From Acidimicrobiia bacterium (lineage in GTDB: Bacteria; Actinomycetota; Acidimicrobiia; Acidimicrobiales; Bin134): a stretch of DNA of 64,000 bases. Every line of letters starts with the position of its first letter. Position 1 is the stretch's first letter. The notes below the pieces were generated by a model. It ran no database searches, was not told the origin of the DNA, and was given only the letters and a program-made list of their open reading frames with translations. The position numbers and the translations under genes were made by a program. This document shows positions 28,500 to 36,404 of the stretch, one piece after another. The DNA lies in NCBI GenBank assembly GCA_022819825.1, contig JAJEGM010000010.1, positions 2,318-66,317 on the forward strand. The letters run 5' to 3'.

Positions 28500-29462
28500 A
28501 TGGCGCGCGACCTCGAACGGCTGGAACTGCGCCTGGAAGGCTCGGTGCAAACCCAAGACCCGTTCCTCACCGAAGTGGCCAGCCATCTCATTCGGGCGGG
28601 GGGCAAGCGGGTCCGACCGGGGTTCGTGATCGCTTCGGCGGCCATCTCCCAGAACCAGCCGGTGCCGGCCGCCGACGACGTGCTCACCGGCGGTGTGGCG
28701 GTGGAGTTGGTCCATTTGGGATCGCTGTACCACGACGACGTGATGGACGAGGCCCAGGTTCGGCGCAACGTGGCCAGCGTGAACGCCAAGTGGGGCAACC
28801 TGCGGGCCATCCTGGCCGGCGATTTCCTGCTGGCCCGGGCATCAGAACTGGCCGCCTCCCTCGGCACCGAGGTGGCCGGGCTGCTGGCCGCCACCATCGG
28901 ACGGCTGTGCGAAGGCCAGGTGCGGGAGTTGCAGGACACCGGCAACCCCGACCGCGCCGAGAGTTCCTACACCGACTCCATCGAGGGCAAAACCGCCTCG
29001 TTGCTGGCCACCTCGTGTCGCATCGGCGGCCTGGTAGCCGGACTGGATCGGCCGACGGTGGACACCCTCACCAAGTTCGGGCGCTACTACGGGCTGGCCT
29101 TCCAGGTGGTGGACGACATCTTGGACATCGTGGCCACCGACGAGCACCTGGGCAAGCCCTCGGGCAACGACCTCCACGAGGGGATCTACACCCTGCCGGT
29201 GATCCGGGCGCTGCACTCCGACTGCGGCCCCCAGTTGCTGGAACTGCTCGGCGGAACGCTGTCAGACGCCACCGTCCGCTCTGCCCTTCAGCTAGTGCGG
29301 GCCAGCGGCGGCGTGGAAGAAGCCCTCGATGTGGCCCGGCAGTACGTCCAGCAGGCCTCCACCAGCCTGCACTCGCTACCCCCCACCACGGCCACCGCCG
29401 CCCTTCAGGTGGCCACCGACCATCTGATCGACCGAGCCCGAATCCCCCTCGGCGACCGCTAG
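28500..29462 (+). CDS. polyprenyl diphosphate synthase (trans-IPPS, medium/long chain)
   Basis: Has the two Asp-rich motifs LYHDDVMDEA and FQVVDDILD. Start placed at ATG 28500 but could be further upstream. Chain length cannot be inferred. Confidence 0.85.
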   Translation: MARDLERLELRLEGSVQTQDPFLTEVASHLIRAGGKRVRPGFVIASAAISQNQPVPAADDVLTGGVAVELVHLGSLYHDDVMDEAQVRRNVASVNAKWGNLRAILAGDFLLARASELAASLGTEVAGLLAATIGRLCEGQVRELQDTGNPDRAESSYTDSIEGKTASLLATSCRIGGLVAGLDRPTVDTLTKFGRYYGLAFQVVDDILDIVATDEHLGKPSGNDLHEGIYTLPVIRALHSDCGPQLLELLGGTLSDATVRSALQLVRASGGVEEALDVARQYVQQASTSLHSLPPTTATAALQVATDHLIDRARIPLGDR

Positions 29463-29464
29463 CT

Positions 29465-30928
29465 CTATCTCTCCGATGGGGTTGGGCGCTCTGGGGGCTC
29501 GGGGCGGAGGGTGGGGAACAGGATTACTTCGCGGATGCTGGGGACGTCGGCCAGCAGCATGGCCAGGCGGTCCATGCCGACTCCGAGACCGCCGGTGGGG
29601 GGCAGGCCGAACTCGAGGGCCCGCAGGTAGTCCCAGTCCACGGCCATGGCCTCGGCATCGCCCGCGTCCCGGTCGGCGGCCTGGTCTTCGAAGCGGGCCC
29701 GCTGCTCGTCGGGGTCGGTGAGCTCGCTGAAGGCGTTGGCCAGCTCCCGGCCGGCCACGATGGCCTCGAATCGCTCCACCCAGCCGGGGTGGTCGCGGTG
29801 CTCCCGGGCCAGCGGCGACACTTCCTTGGGGTAGTCGCACACGAACACCGGACCCCACAATTCGGCTTCGGTGGTCTTCTCGTACAGCTCCAGGAGGAGC
29901 TTGCCCGGCCCCCAGCGGTCTTCCACCGGGATCTCCCGCTCAGCACAGTGCGACCGCAGCTCGGCCACTGGAGTGTCGAGGTCCACCTCCAGGCCGCTGT
30001 GCTCGGCCAGCAAGTCGACGAATCGGGATCTGGGCCACGGCGGGGTCAGGTCCAGCTCCCGCCCGCCGTAGCTGATAACGGTGGCGCCCTTCAGCTCCAG
30101 AGCCAGATGCGCCACAAGCTGCTCGACCAGCTCCATGATGTCGCCGTAGTCGGCGTAGGCCCAGTACAGCTCCAGCATGGTGAACTCGGGATTGTGGCGG
30201 GTGGAGATCCCCTCGTTGCGGAACACCCGGGCAATCTCATACACCCGCTCCAACCCGCCTACTACCAGCCGTTTCAGGTACAGCTCGGGAGCGATCCGCA
30301 AGAACAGCTCCATGTCCAGCGCGTTGTGATGGGTGCTGAACGGCCGGGCCAGCGCGCCGCCGGGCACCGGGTGGAACACCGGCGTCTCCACCTCCACGAA
30401 ATCCCGATCCTCCAGCCAGCGCCGGGTGAGCGACATCATCTCCGAGCGCAGCCGGAAGGTCTCGCGGGCCTCCTCGGTCACCCACAGGTCCACATAGCGC
30501 TGGCGGAACCGGATGTCGGGATCCGACAGCCCGTGCCACTTGTCGGGGAAGCTCCTACGGGCCTCGGCCAGCAGCTCCCACTGCTCCACCTTTACCGACA
30601 GCTCCCCTTTCCGGGTCTTCATCACCTCGCCGCGCACGCCCACCCAGTCGCCCAGGGAAAGAGTGCAGAACCCGTCGTAGTCGGGGGTGACCTTGGCCGG
30701 GGCGAACAATTGGATGCGCCCGGTGGCGTCTTGCAAAGTGGCGAACGCCAGTTTGCCCTGCACCCGCCGCAACATGATCCGCCCGGCCACCGACACCGCC
30801 TGGCCGGTCTCAGTGCCGGCCTCGATTTCGCCGTGGCGCTGTTGGCACTCGGCGGCGGTTGCGGTGGTCTCGAACCGGTAGGGGGCGCTCACCGGCCGGC
30901 CTACTGGTTGCGCCCGTGGACCAGCCAC
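29465..30928 (-). CDS. lysS: lysine--tRNA ligase, class II
   Basis: The OB-fold anticodon-binding region has GRIMLRRVQGKLAFATLQD. Class II motifs are present (FRNEGIS..HNPEFT, GGLGVGMDRL). The start may be GTG 30892 rather than 30928. Confidence 0.92.
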   Translation of the reverse strand: MAGPRAQPVGRPVSAPYRFETTATAAECQQRHGEIEAGTETGQAVSVAGRIMLRRVQGKLAFATLQDATGRIQLFAPAKVTPDYDGFCTLSLGDWVGVRGEVMKTRKGELSVKVEQWELLAEARRSFPDKWHGLSDPDIRFRQRYVDLWVTEEARETFRLRSEMMSLTRRWLEDRDFVEVETPVFHPVPGGALARPFSTHHNALDMELFLRIAPELYLKRLVVGGLERVYEIARVFRNEGISTRHNPEFTMLELYWAYADYGDIMELVEQLVAHLALELKGATVISYGGRELDLTPPWPRSRFVDLLAEHSGLEVDLDTPVAELRSHCAEREIPVEDRWGPGKLLLELYEKTTEAELWGPVFVCDYPKEVSPLAREHRDHPGWVERFEAIVAGRELANAFSELTDPDEQRARFEDQAADRDAGDAEAMAVDWDYLRALEFGLPPTGGLGVGMDRLAMLLADVPSIREVILFPTLRPEPPERPTPSER

Positions 30929-31695
30929 AGGCCGTGGAGGGTGAGATAAGGCTCGACGTACTGGATGGTGTCGGACAGGGGGGCGATGAGATGGGCCAGC
31001 CCGCCGGTGGCGATCACAACCGCCTCGCCGTCCAGCTCCTTCATGAAGCGGGTCACCATGCCGTCGATCTGGGCGACGAACCCGTAGATAACGCCCGATT
31101 GGATCGACTCTATAGTGGTCTTGCCGATCACATTGCGGGGCTCGGTGAGCGCCACCGGCCCCAAGGCGGCGGCCCGGCCCACCATGGCTTCCAGGCTGAC
31201 CTCGATTCCCGGCCCGATGGCCCCGCCCATGAACTCACCGGCCGCGGAGATCACATCGAAATTGTTGGTGGTTCCAAAGTCGACCACCACTGCGGGACCG
31301 CCGTAGAGGTGGTGGGCGGCCACCGCGTTGGCGATGCGATCGGCGCCCACCTCGCGGGGGTTGTCGTACAAGATGGGGATGCCGCTGCGGGTGCCGGGCT
31401 CGATCACCACCGGGTCAAACTCGAAGTAGCGCTGCACCATCATCCGCACGCTCTCGCGGATCTGGGGCACCCCGGAGCACACCGCCACCCCGGTGAGGTC
31501 GTCCTCCATGGCCACGTCAACGCTGTCCAGCAGGCTGCGCAGCAGCACGGCCACCTCGTCGGGGGTGCGCTCGTGCACCGTGGACAGGCGCCAATGCTCT
31601 ATCAGGCCGTCGTCGGCCCGGCAGTCCTCGGCCCGTTCGGCCTCATACAGGCCGACCACGGTCTGGGTGTTGCCGATGTCGAGGGCCAACAGCAT
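30901..31695 (-). CDS. coaX: type III pantothenate kinase
   Basis: Contains MLLALDIGNT, VVDFGT and ATGG. Confidence 0.9.
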   Translation of the reverse strand: MLLALDIGNTQTVVGLYEAERAEDCRADDGLIEHWRLSTVHERTPDEVAVLLRSLLDSVDVAMEDDLTGVAVCSGVPQIRESVRMMVQRYFEFDPVVIEPGTRSGIPILYDNPREVGADRIANAVAAHHLYGGPAVVVDFGTTNNFDVISAAGEFMGGAIGPGIEVSLEAMVGRAAALGPVALTEPRNVIGKTTIESIQSGVIYGFVAQIDGMVTRFMKELDGEAVVIATGGLAHLIAPLSDTIQYVEPYLTLHGLWLVHGRNQ

Positions 31696-31707
31696 AGGAA
31701 CCCCTGT

Positions 31708-32583
31708 TTACTCCTCTTCTGCGCTGACCGGAACATTGCCAACATCTAGCCCGATGTCAAGCACCGGAGCCGAGTTGGTGATGCGGCCCACCGAAATGAA
31801 ATCCACGCCGGTGGCTGCGTACTCGGCCACCGTCTCCAGCGTGATGCCGCCGCTCACCTCCAAGAGGCAGTCATGTCCGGCAGCCTGGGCCACGCAGGCC
31901 TGAACCGCATCGGGAGCCATGTTGTCCAGCAGCAGGGCATCGGCCCCCGCCGCCAATGCCTCTTCAACCTGTTCGATGCGGTCGCACTCCGCATAGACAA
32001 TGCGATCCGGCCAGCTCCTGCGGGCGGCCGCCACCCCGTCGGCAATGGACATCCCCGCCAGATGGTTGTCTTTGAACATGACCCATTCCGACAGTCCCAT
32101 CCGGTGGTTGTCGCCCCCGCCGGCCCGAACCGCGGCCTTCTCCAACACCCGCAGACCGGGCGTGGTCTTGCGGGTGTCCCGGATGCGGGCTCGGCCCTCA
32201 CCGGCCGACGCCGCGGCCGCCACGTACCGGGACACCTCGGTGGCGATACCCGACAGGTGGCTCAAAAAGTTCAATGCGGTGCGCTCGGCAGTGAGCACTG
32301 AGGCCCGAGGCCCGACAACTGCGGCCAAGCACTGACCAGGGACCACCGGGTCTCCGTCGGCGGCATGCCACTCCACCGTCACCGAGGGGTCCACCTGCCG
32401 GAACACTTCGGTGACACAGGCCCGCCCCGCCAAACGACCAGCGTCTCGGGCGGTGATCTCCGCAGTGATATCTCCCGGGGGGACAAGCGACGACGTGAGG
32501 TCGCCCTCCGGCCCCACGTCCTCGGCCAAGGCCAATTTCACCGCGGCGTGAACCACTTCGGACGGAGGATCAAAGCCGGGCAC
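31708..32583 (-). CDS. nadC: nicotinate-nucleotide diphosphorylase (carboxylating)
   Basis: Contains ALAEDVG.GDLTS, RKTTPGLR, DNH and LLDNM..LEVSGGI. I moved the start to GTG 32583; the ORF-track N-terminal extension is rejected. Confidence 0.88.
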   Translation of the reverse strand: MPGFDPPSEVVHAAVKLALAEDVGPEGDLTSSLVPPGDITAEITARDAGRLAGRACVTEVFRQVDPSVTVEWHAADGDPVVPGQCLAAVVGPRASVLTAERTALNFLSHLSGIATEVSRYVAAAASAGEGRARIRDTRKTTPGLRVLEKAAVRAGGGDNHRMGLSEWVMFKDNHLAGMSIADGVAAARRSWPDRIVYAECDRIEQVEEALAAGADALLLDNMAPDAVQACVAQAAGHDCLLEVSGGITLETVAEYAATGVDFISVGRITNSAPVLDIGLDVGNVPVSAEEE

Positions 32584-33442
32584 AGTCAACACCCAGATTG
32601 TCGATGAGGCGGGCTCTACCGACGCGGGCCGCCACCAGCAGGCGCAACTCGCCAGCCAGCACATGGGGCCGATCCAGAGTGGCGGCGTCAACCACGGCGG
32701 CGTAGTCGGGAGACGCCTTGGGCTCAGCGGCCAGCACCGCGGCCATTACCGCCTCCACCTCGTCGGGGCTCCGGCTGCCCTTCACCACCGCATCCCGCCC
32801 GGCTTGCAGCGACCGCCACAGCACCGTGGCCGCGGGCCGCTCCTCGGCGGTCAGGTACACGTTCCGGCTCGACATGGCCAGGCCGTCTGACTCTCGGAAT
32901 GTGGGACAGCCCACTACCTCCACCGGCAGGGACAAGTCGGTGGTCAACCGGCGGATAATGGCCAGCTGCTGGTAGTCCTTCTCTCCGAAATAAGCCCGAC
33001 CCGGCCCCAGCATCGCGAACAGCTTGGCCACCACCGTTGCCACTCCATCGAAGTGGGTGGGACGAACCCGCCCCTCCAATACGGCGTTGAGCCCTTTGAC
33101 CGTCACCGAGGTGATCGGGGTCTGCGGATACATCTCGTCGGCGGGAGGAGCAAACACCAATCCGGCCCCCGCTGCGGCACACATCTTCCGATCCCGTTCA
33201 AGGTCCCGGGGATAGGCCCCGTAGTCCTCCCCCTCGGCAAATTGAAGCGGGTTCACGAAGATGCTCACCACGGTCAGGTCGTTCTCGGCCGCCGAGCGGG
33301 TCACCAGAGACTGGTGGCCCTCGTGGAGATACCCCATGGTGGGCACCAAGCCGACCGAACCACCCTGGGCGCGAGCGGCCCCCACTGCGTCCCGCAGCTC
33401 AGATACCCGCTCAACCAGGGGAATCTCGGCACCGGCGCTCAC
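32570..33442 (-). CDS. panC: pantoate--beta-alanine ligase
   Basis: Contains VPTMGYLHEGHQSL, SIFVNPLQF and GEKDYQQ. I moved the start to GTG 33442, which overlaps the folK stop (GTGA). Confidence 0.92.
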   Translation of the reverse strand: MSAGAEIPLVERVSELRDAVGAARAQGGSVGLVPTMGYLHEGHQSLVTRSAAENDLTVVSIFVNPLQFAEGEDYGAYPRDLERDRKMCAAAGAGLVFAPPADEMYPQTPITSVTVKGLNAVLEGRVRPTHFDGVATVVAKLFAMLGPGRAYFGEKDYQQLAIIRRLTTDLSLPVEVVGCPTFRESDGLAMSSRNVYLTAEERPAATVLWRSLQAGRDAVVKGSRSPDEVEAVMAAVLAAEPKASPDYAAVVDAATLDRPHVLAGELRLLVAARVGRARLIDNLGVDCARL

Positions 33443-33921
33443 GAAATGCCCTTGCCTGTTCGAGGGACGAACTCGTCCCAATCCCCCAATCGGTGGCAGC
33501 CGCCGGTGTCGGGATCGCTCCACCCCTCGAACAGATCGGGGGCCAATTCTCCGATGGGCACCATCACGAAGGCCCGCTCGAACATCCGGGGATGGGGTAC
33601 CACCAGGTCGGGCTTGTCCACAGTCTCGCCGTCCACCCACAAGACATCGACATCCAGCGTACGGGGGCCCCAGCGCACTTCCCGCACTCGGCCCGCCGAC
33701 GCCTCCAACGCCTGGCAAAGCTCCAATAAACCTCGGGCCGACCGACTGGTGTCCAGCTCGGCCACCACGTTCAGGTAATGGCCCTGGTCGGGGCCGCCCA
33801 CCGGATCGGTCTCATACACCCCGGATACTGCGACGCAGTCGTCCATGGCCGCCACCGCGTCTTCGAGGTAGCCCATGCGGTCGCCCATGTTGGACCCCAA
33901 GCCCAGAAAAGCTCTGGTCAT
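33439..33921 (-). CDS. folK: 2-amino-4-hydroxy-6-hydroxymethyldihydropteridine diphosphokinase
   Basis: Contains AFLGLGSNMGDR, RWGPRTLDVD and PHP. Start ATG 33921 overlaps the folB stop (ATGA). Confidence 0.9.
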   Translation of the reverse strand: MTRAFLGLGSNMGDRMGYLEDAVAAMDDCVAVSGVYETDPVGGPDQGHYLNVVAELDTSRSARGLLELCQALEASAGRVREVRWGPRTLDVDVLWVDGETVDKPDLVVPHPRMFERAFVMVPIGELAPDLFEGWSDPDTGGCHRLGDWDEFVPRTGKGIS

Positions 33922-34286
33922 TGCCGGTGGCGAGTAATGCGAACACCGCTGGTCGAGAGCTCCTGGGGCACCGGTGGGCGGAGCTTGCGGACCTCTACGG
34001 TCACCCACACCACCCGTCGGTCTGCGCCCAGGCACACCGAGGCCACCCTCTGGGCCATGGCCTCCATCAGGGTGAACTGCTCGCCCTCGGACGCCGCAGC
34101 CACGGCGGCGCACACCGCCCCGTAGTCGACAGTGTCGCCCAAGTCGTCGGAACTGCCCGACGGCGCCAGATCGGCGCCGATCTCGATGTCCAACTCAAAC
34201 GGCTGAACCCGGTCCCTCTCCTCGGGAAGTGCCCCGCACAGAGCCATCACCCGAAGGCCCTGAAGCAGTATGCGGTCTTCAGTCAT
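33918..34286 (-). CDS. folB: dihydroneopterin aldolase
   Basis: Contains ILLQGLRV...G..PEER...Q.FELD and DTVDY. Start ATG 34286. Confidence 0.88.
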   Translation of the reverse strand: MTEDRILLQGLRVMALCGALPEERDRVQPFELDIEIGADLAPSGSSDDLGDTVDYGAVCAAVAAASEGEQFTLMEAMAQRVASVCLGADRRVVWVTVEVRKLRPPVPQELSTSGVRITRHRQ

Positions 34287-34854
34287 CTTCGGGGATCTCT
34301 TCTCGTTGTCCCTCTTGCTCCTCGAGATCTTCAACGGGGGAGAGCTCTACTTCGGGTTTGGGGAGCGCGGCGGCCGCGTTCACAATGCGGCGGCCCACCG
34401 AGCCGATCGGACGCTCGGTCATCTTCTCCATCGCAACCACCGCTTGCGACTCGCTGGAGACCATTCCTGTCCACACCAGATAGCCCGCCAATAGACCGCA
34501 CACCTCGTCGCTCAGGCCACGGCGGTGCACCAGCAGCTTCTCCCCTCTGGCTAGCAGTGACTGCAACTCAATGAACAGCGGGCCGAGTCGGGTGGAGTAA
34601 TCCTCGTTGTCAGCGATGGGCCAGTGGCTCCAGGCGATGTTCTGCTCGCTGTAGTTGTGGAGGTTGTGGGTGGAGGGAATCAGCGATACCACCCGAGTAA
34701 AGCCCTGCTGGCGGATCCAATTGATCTCCTCGGTGCGCCGAACCCGCCGATGGCTTTCCCCCCTGCCTCCCGGACGCTCGCAGATTGCCAATCGGTCCTT
34801 CATGATCCAGTAGAAGTTGCGCGGTTGGATTCCCGCGGCCCACTTGCCCTTCAC
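34279..34854 (-). CDS. dual-specificity-phosphatase-fold protein with a dead P-loop (pseudophosphatase), embedded in the folate operon
   Basis: 191 aa. It aligns with bacterial DSPs across NFYWI...LA..RPGG, GFTRVVSL and PIAD. The HCxxGxxR P-loop instead reads VHRRGLSDEV, so Cys is replaced by Arg and Arg by Glu. Acidic C-terminal tail. Confidence 0.6.
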   Translation of the reverse strand: MKGKWAAGIQPRNFYWIMKDRLAICERPGGRGESHRRVRRTEEINWIRQQGFTRVVSLIPSTHNLHNYSEQNIAWSHWPIADNEDYSTRLGPLFIELQSLLARGEKLLVHRRGLSDEVCGLLAGYLVWTGMVSSESQAVVAMEKMTERPIGSVGRRIVNAAAALPKPEVELSPVEDLEEQEGQREEIPEDD

Positions 34855-34891
34855 GGCGCCACCGCCCTCGCGCTGCCGCTGCCCTCACGCC

Positions 34892-35689
34892 TCACGCCGC
34901 CACCACCTTCATGGTCCCCACGGTGGCGGCCACGTCGTGAACCCGGACCACCGCAGCCCCCTGGGCAAACGCCCAGGCCGCAGCAGCCAGCGACCCCTCG
35001 AGCCGGTCGTCGGTCGGCACTTCCCCCCGGTCGCCGCCATCGCTCATGGCGTGCAGCTCCCCGATGAAGCGCTTGCGACTGGCGCCCAAAACCACGGGTG
35101 ATCCCAGCGTGGTGAGCTGTCGCAAGTTGGCCAGCAGCTCCAGGTTGTGGCCGGTGGTCTTTCCGAAGCCGATTCCCGGATCGATCCACACGTCGGGAAC
35201 TCCCACAGCTCGTCCCCGCTCAACGGCCTCGACCAGAAAATCACGCACCTCAGCCACCACATCGCCGTAATGGGGGGCGATCTGCATGGTGGCAGGGGTG
35301 CCCTGGCGATGGACCGCAATCCAGGTCACATTCAGCTCGGCGGCCACCTCGTGCAGTGAGGCAGAGACGTCGTTCAGGATTTCCGCCCCCGCGGCCACCG
35401 CGGCCCGGGCCACCTCGGGTTTGGTGGTGTCGATGGAGACCCGGCCGTGCGGGGCCAATCCGGCCACCACATCCACCACCCGAGCCAGCTCTTCGTGTAC
35501 CGGCACTGGCTCGGCGCCTGGACGGGTGGACTCGCCGCCCACATCCACCACCGCGGCGCCCTCGTCGAAAAGCTTGCGGCCTCGGACGACGGCTGCCTCT
35601 GGCGAGGAGAATCGGGCGCCGTCGGAGAACGAGTCGGGCGTCACGTTGACGATGCCCATGACCATCGGCCCCGTTTCCAGTGTCTCCAC
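34892..35689 (-). CDS. folP: dihydropteroate synthase
   Basis: Contains MGIVNVTPDSFSDG, VDVGGESTRPG, DPGIGFGK and SRKRF. Confidence 0.93.
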   Translation of the reverse strand: METLETGPMVMGIVNVTPDSFSDGARFSSPEAAVVRGRKLFDEGAAVVDVGGESTRPGAEPVPVHEELARVVDVVAGLAPHGRVSIDTTKPEVARAAVAAGAEILNDVSASLHEVAAELNVTWIAVHRQGTPATMQIAPHYGDVVAEVRDFLVEAVERGRAVGVPDVWIDPGIGFGKTTGHNLELLANLRQLTTLGSPVVLGASRKRFIGELHAMSDGGDRGEVPTDDRLEGSLAAAAWAFAQGAAVVRVHDVAATVGTMKVVAA

Positions 35690-35749
35690 GGCCTCAGAGT
35701 ACCGCCGAATTTCAGGGTGCCACTATGCCAAGTGGCTCTAGGGCAGCGA

Positions 35750-36334
35750 TTAGCGGTCGATAAACCGCATCGCCTCGGCTCGGGTGGCGATGTCGGTGCG
35801 GAACAGACCCCGCACCGCCGAGGTAACCGTGTTGGCCCCCGGTTTGCGGATGCCCCGCATCGACATGCACAGGTGCTCGGCCTCCACCACCACCAGTACG
35901 CCCCGGGGGTCGAGAGCGTTTTCGATGGCGTCGGCAATCTGAGTGGTGAGCCGCTCCTGCACTTGGGGCATCCGGGAGTAGCCCTCCACCACCCGGGCCA
36001 GCTTCGACAGCCCGGTGATGCATCCATCCTTGTTGGGGATGTAGCCCACATGGGCCTTGCCCAGAAACGGGATCAGATGGTGCTCGCACAGCGAGTACAA
36101 GGGGATGTCTCGCACCAGGATCATCTCATCGTGGTCGGCCTCGAACTGGCGGGTCAGGTGGGCGGCCGGGTCTTCGTGAAGCCCCCCGCAGATCTTGGCG
36201 TACATGCGGGCCACCCGCTCCGGGGTGTCCAGCAGACCGTCTCGGTCGGGGTCTTCGCCGATGGCAGCCAGGATCTCCCGCACTGCGGCCTCGATCCGAG
36301 GCTGGTCCACCGCGCCCTTCTTGTCGTCGCCCAT
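35750..36334 (-). CDS. folE: GTP cyclohydrolase I
   Basis: Contains [17 protein letters not shown] and [11 protein letters not shown]. Confidence 0.93.
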   Translation of the reverse strand: MGDDKKGAVDQPRIEAAVREILAAIGEDPDRDGLLDTPERVARMYAKICGGLHEDPAAHLTRQFEADHDEMILVRDIPLYSLCEHHLIPFLGKAHVGYIPNKDGCITGLSKLARVVEGYSRMPQVQERLTTQIADAIENALDPRGVLVVVEAEHLCMSMRGIRKPGANTVTSAVRGLFRTDIATRAEAMRFIDR

Positions 36335-36404
36335 CGGCCACGACGGTAGCCCGGTAGTGTCGCAAACTCATGGTTGGGCGTTAGTCCGGTAATCTCGAAA
36401 ACTC

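Noticed and set aside
27998-30949. A 983-aa plus-strand ORF, the longest unassigned ORF in the track.
   Set aside because: It runs antisense to clpC and lysS and out of frame through the polyprenyl synthase gene. Its translation is Arg/Gly/Pro/His-rich low-complexity sequence with no motif. This is a typical high-GC shadow ORF.
33261-34574. A 437-aa plus-strand ORF across the panC/folK/folB region.
   Set aside because: It is antisense to three well-supported genes, is Pro/Arg/Ser-rich and has no recognisable domain.
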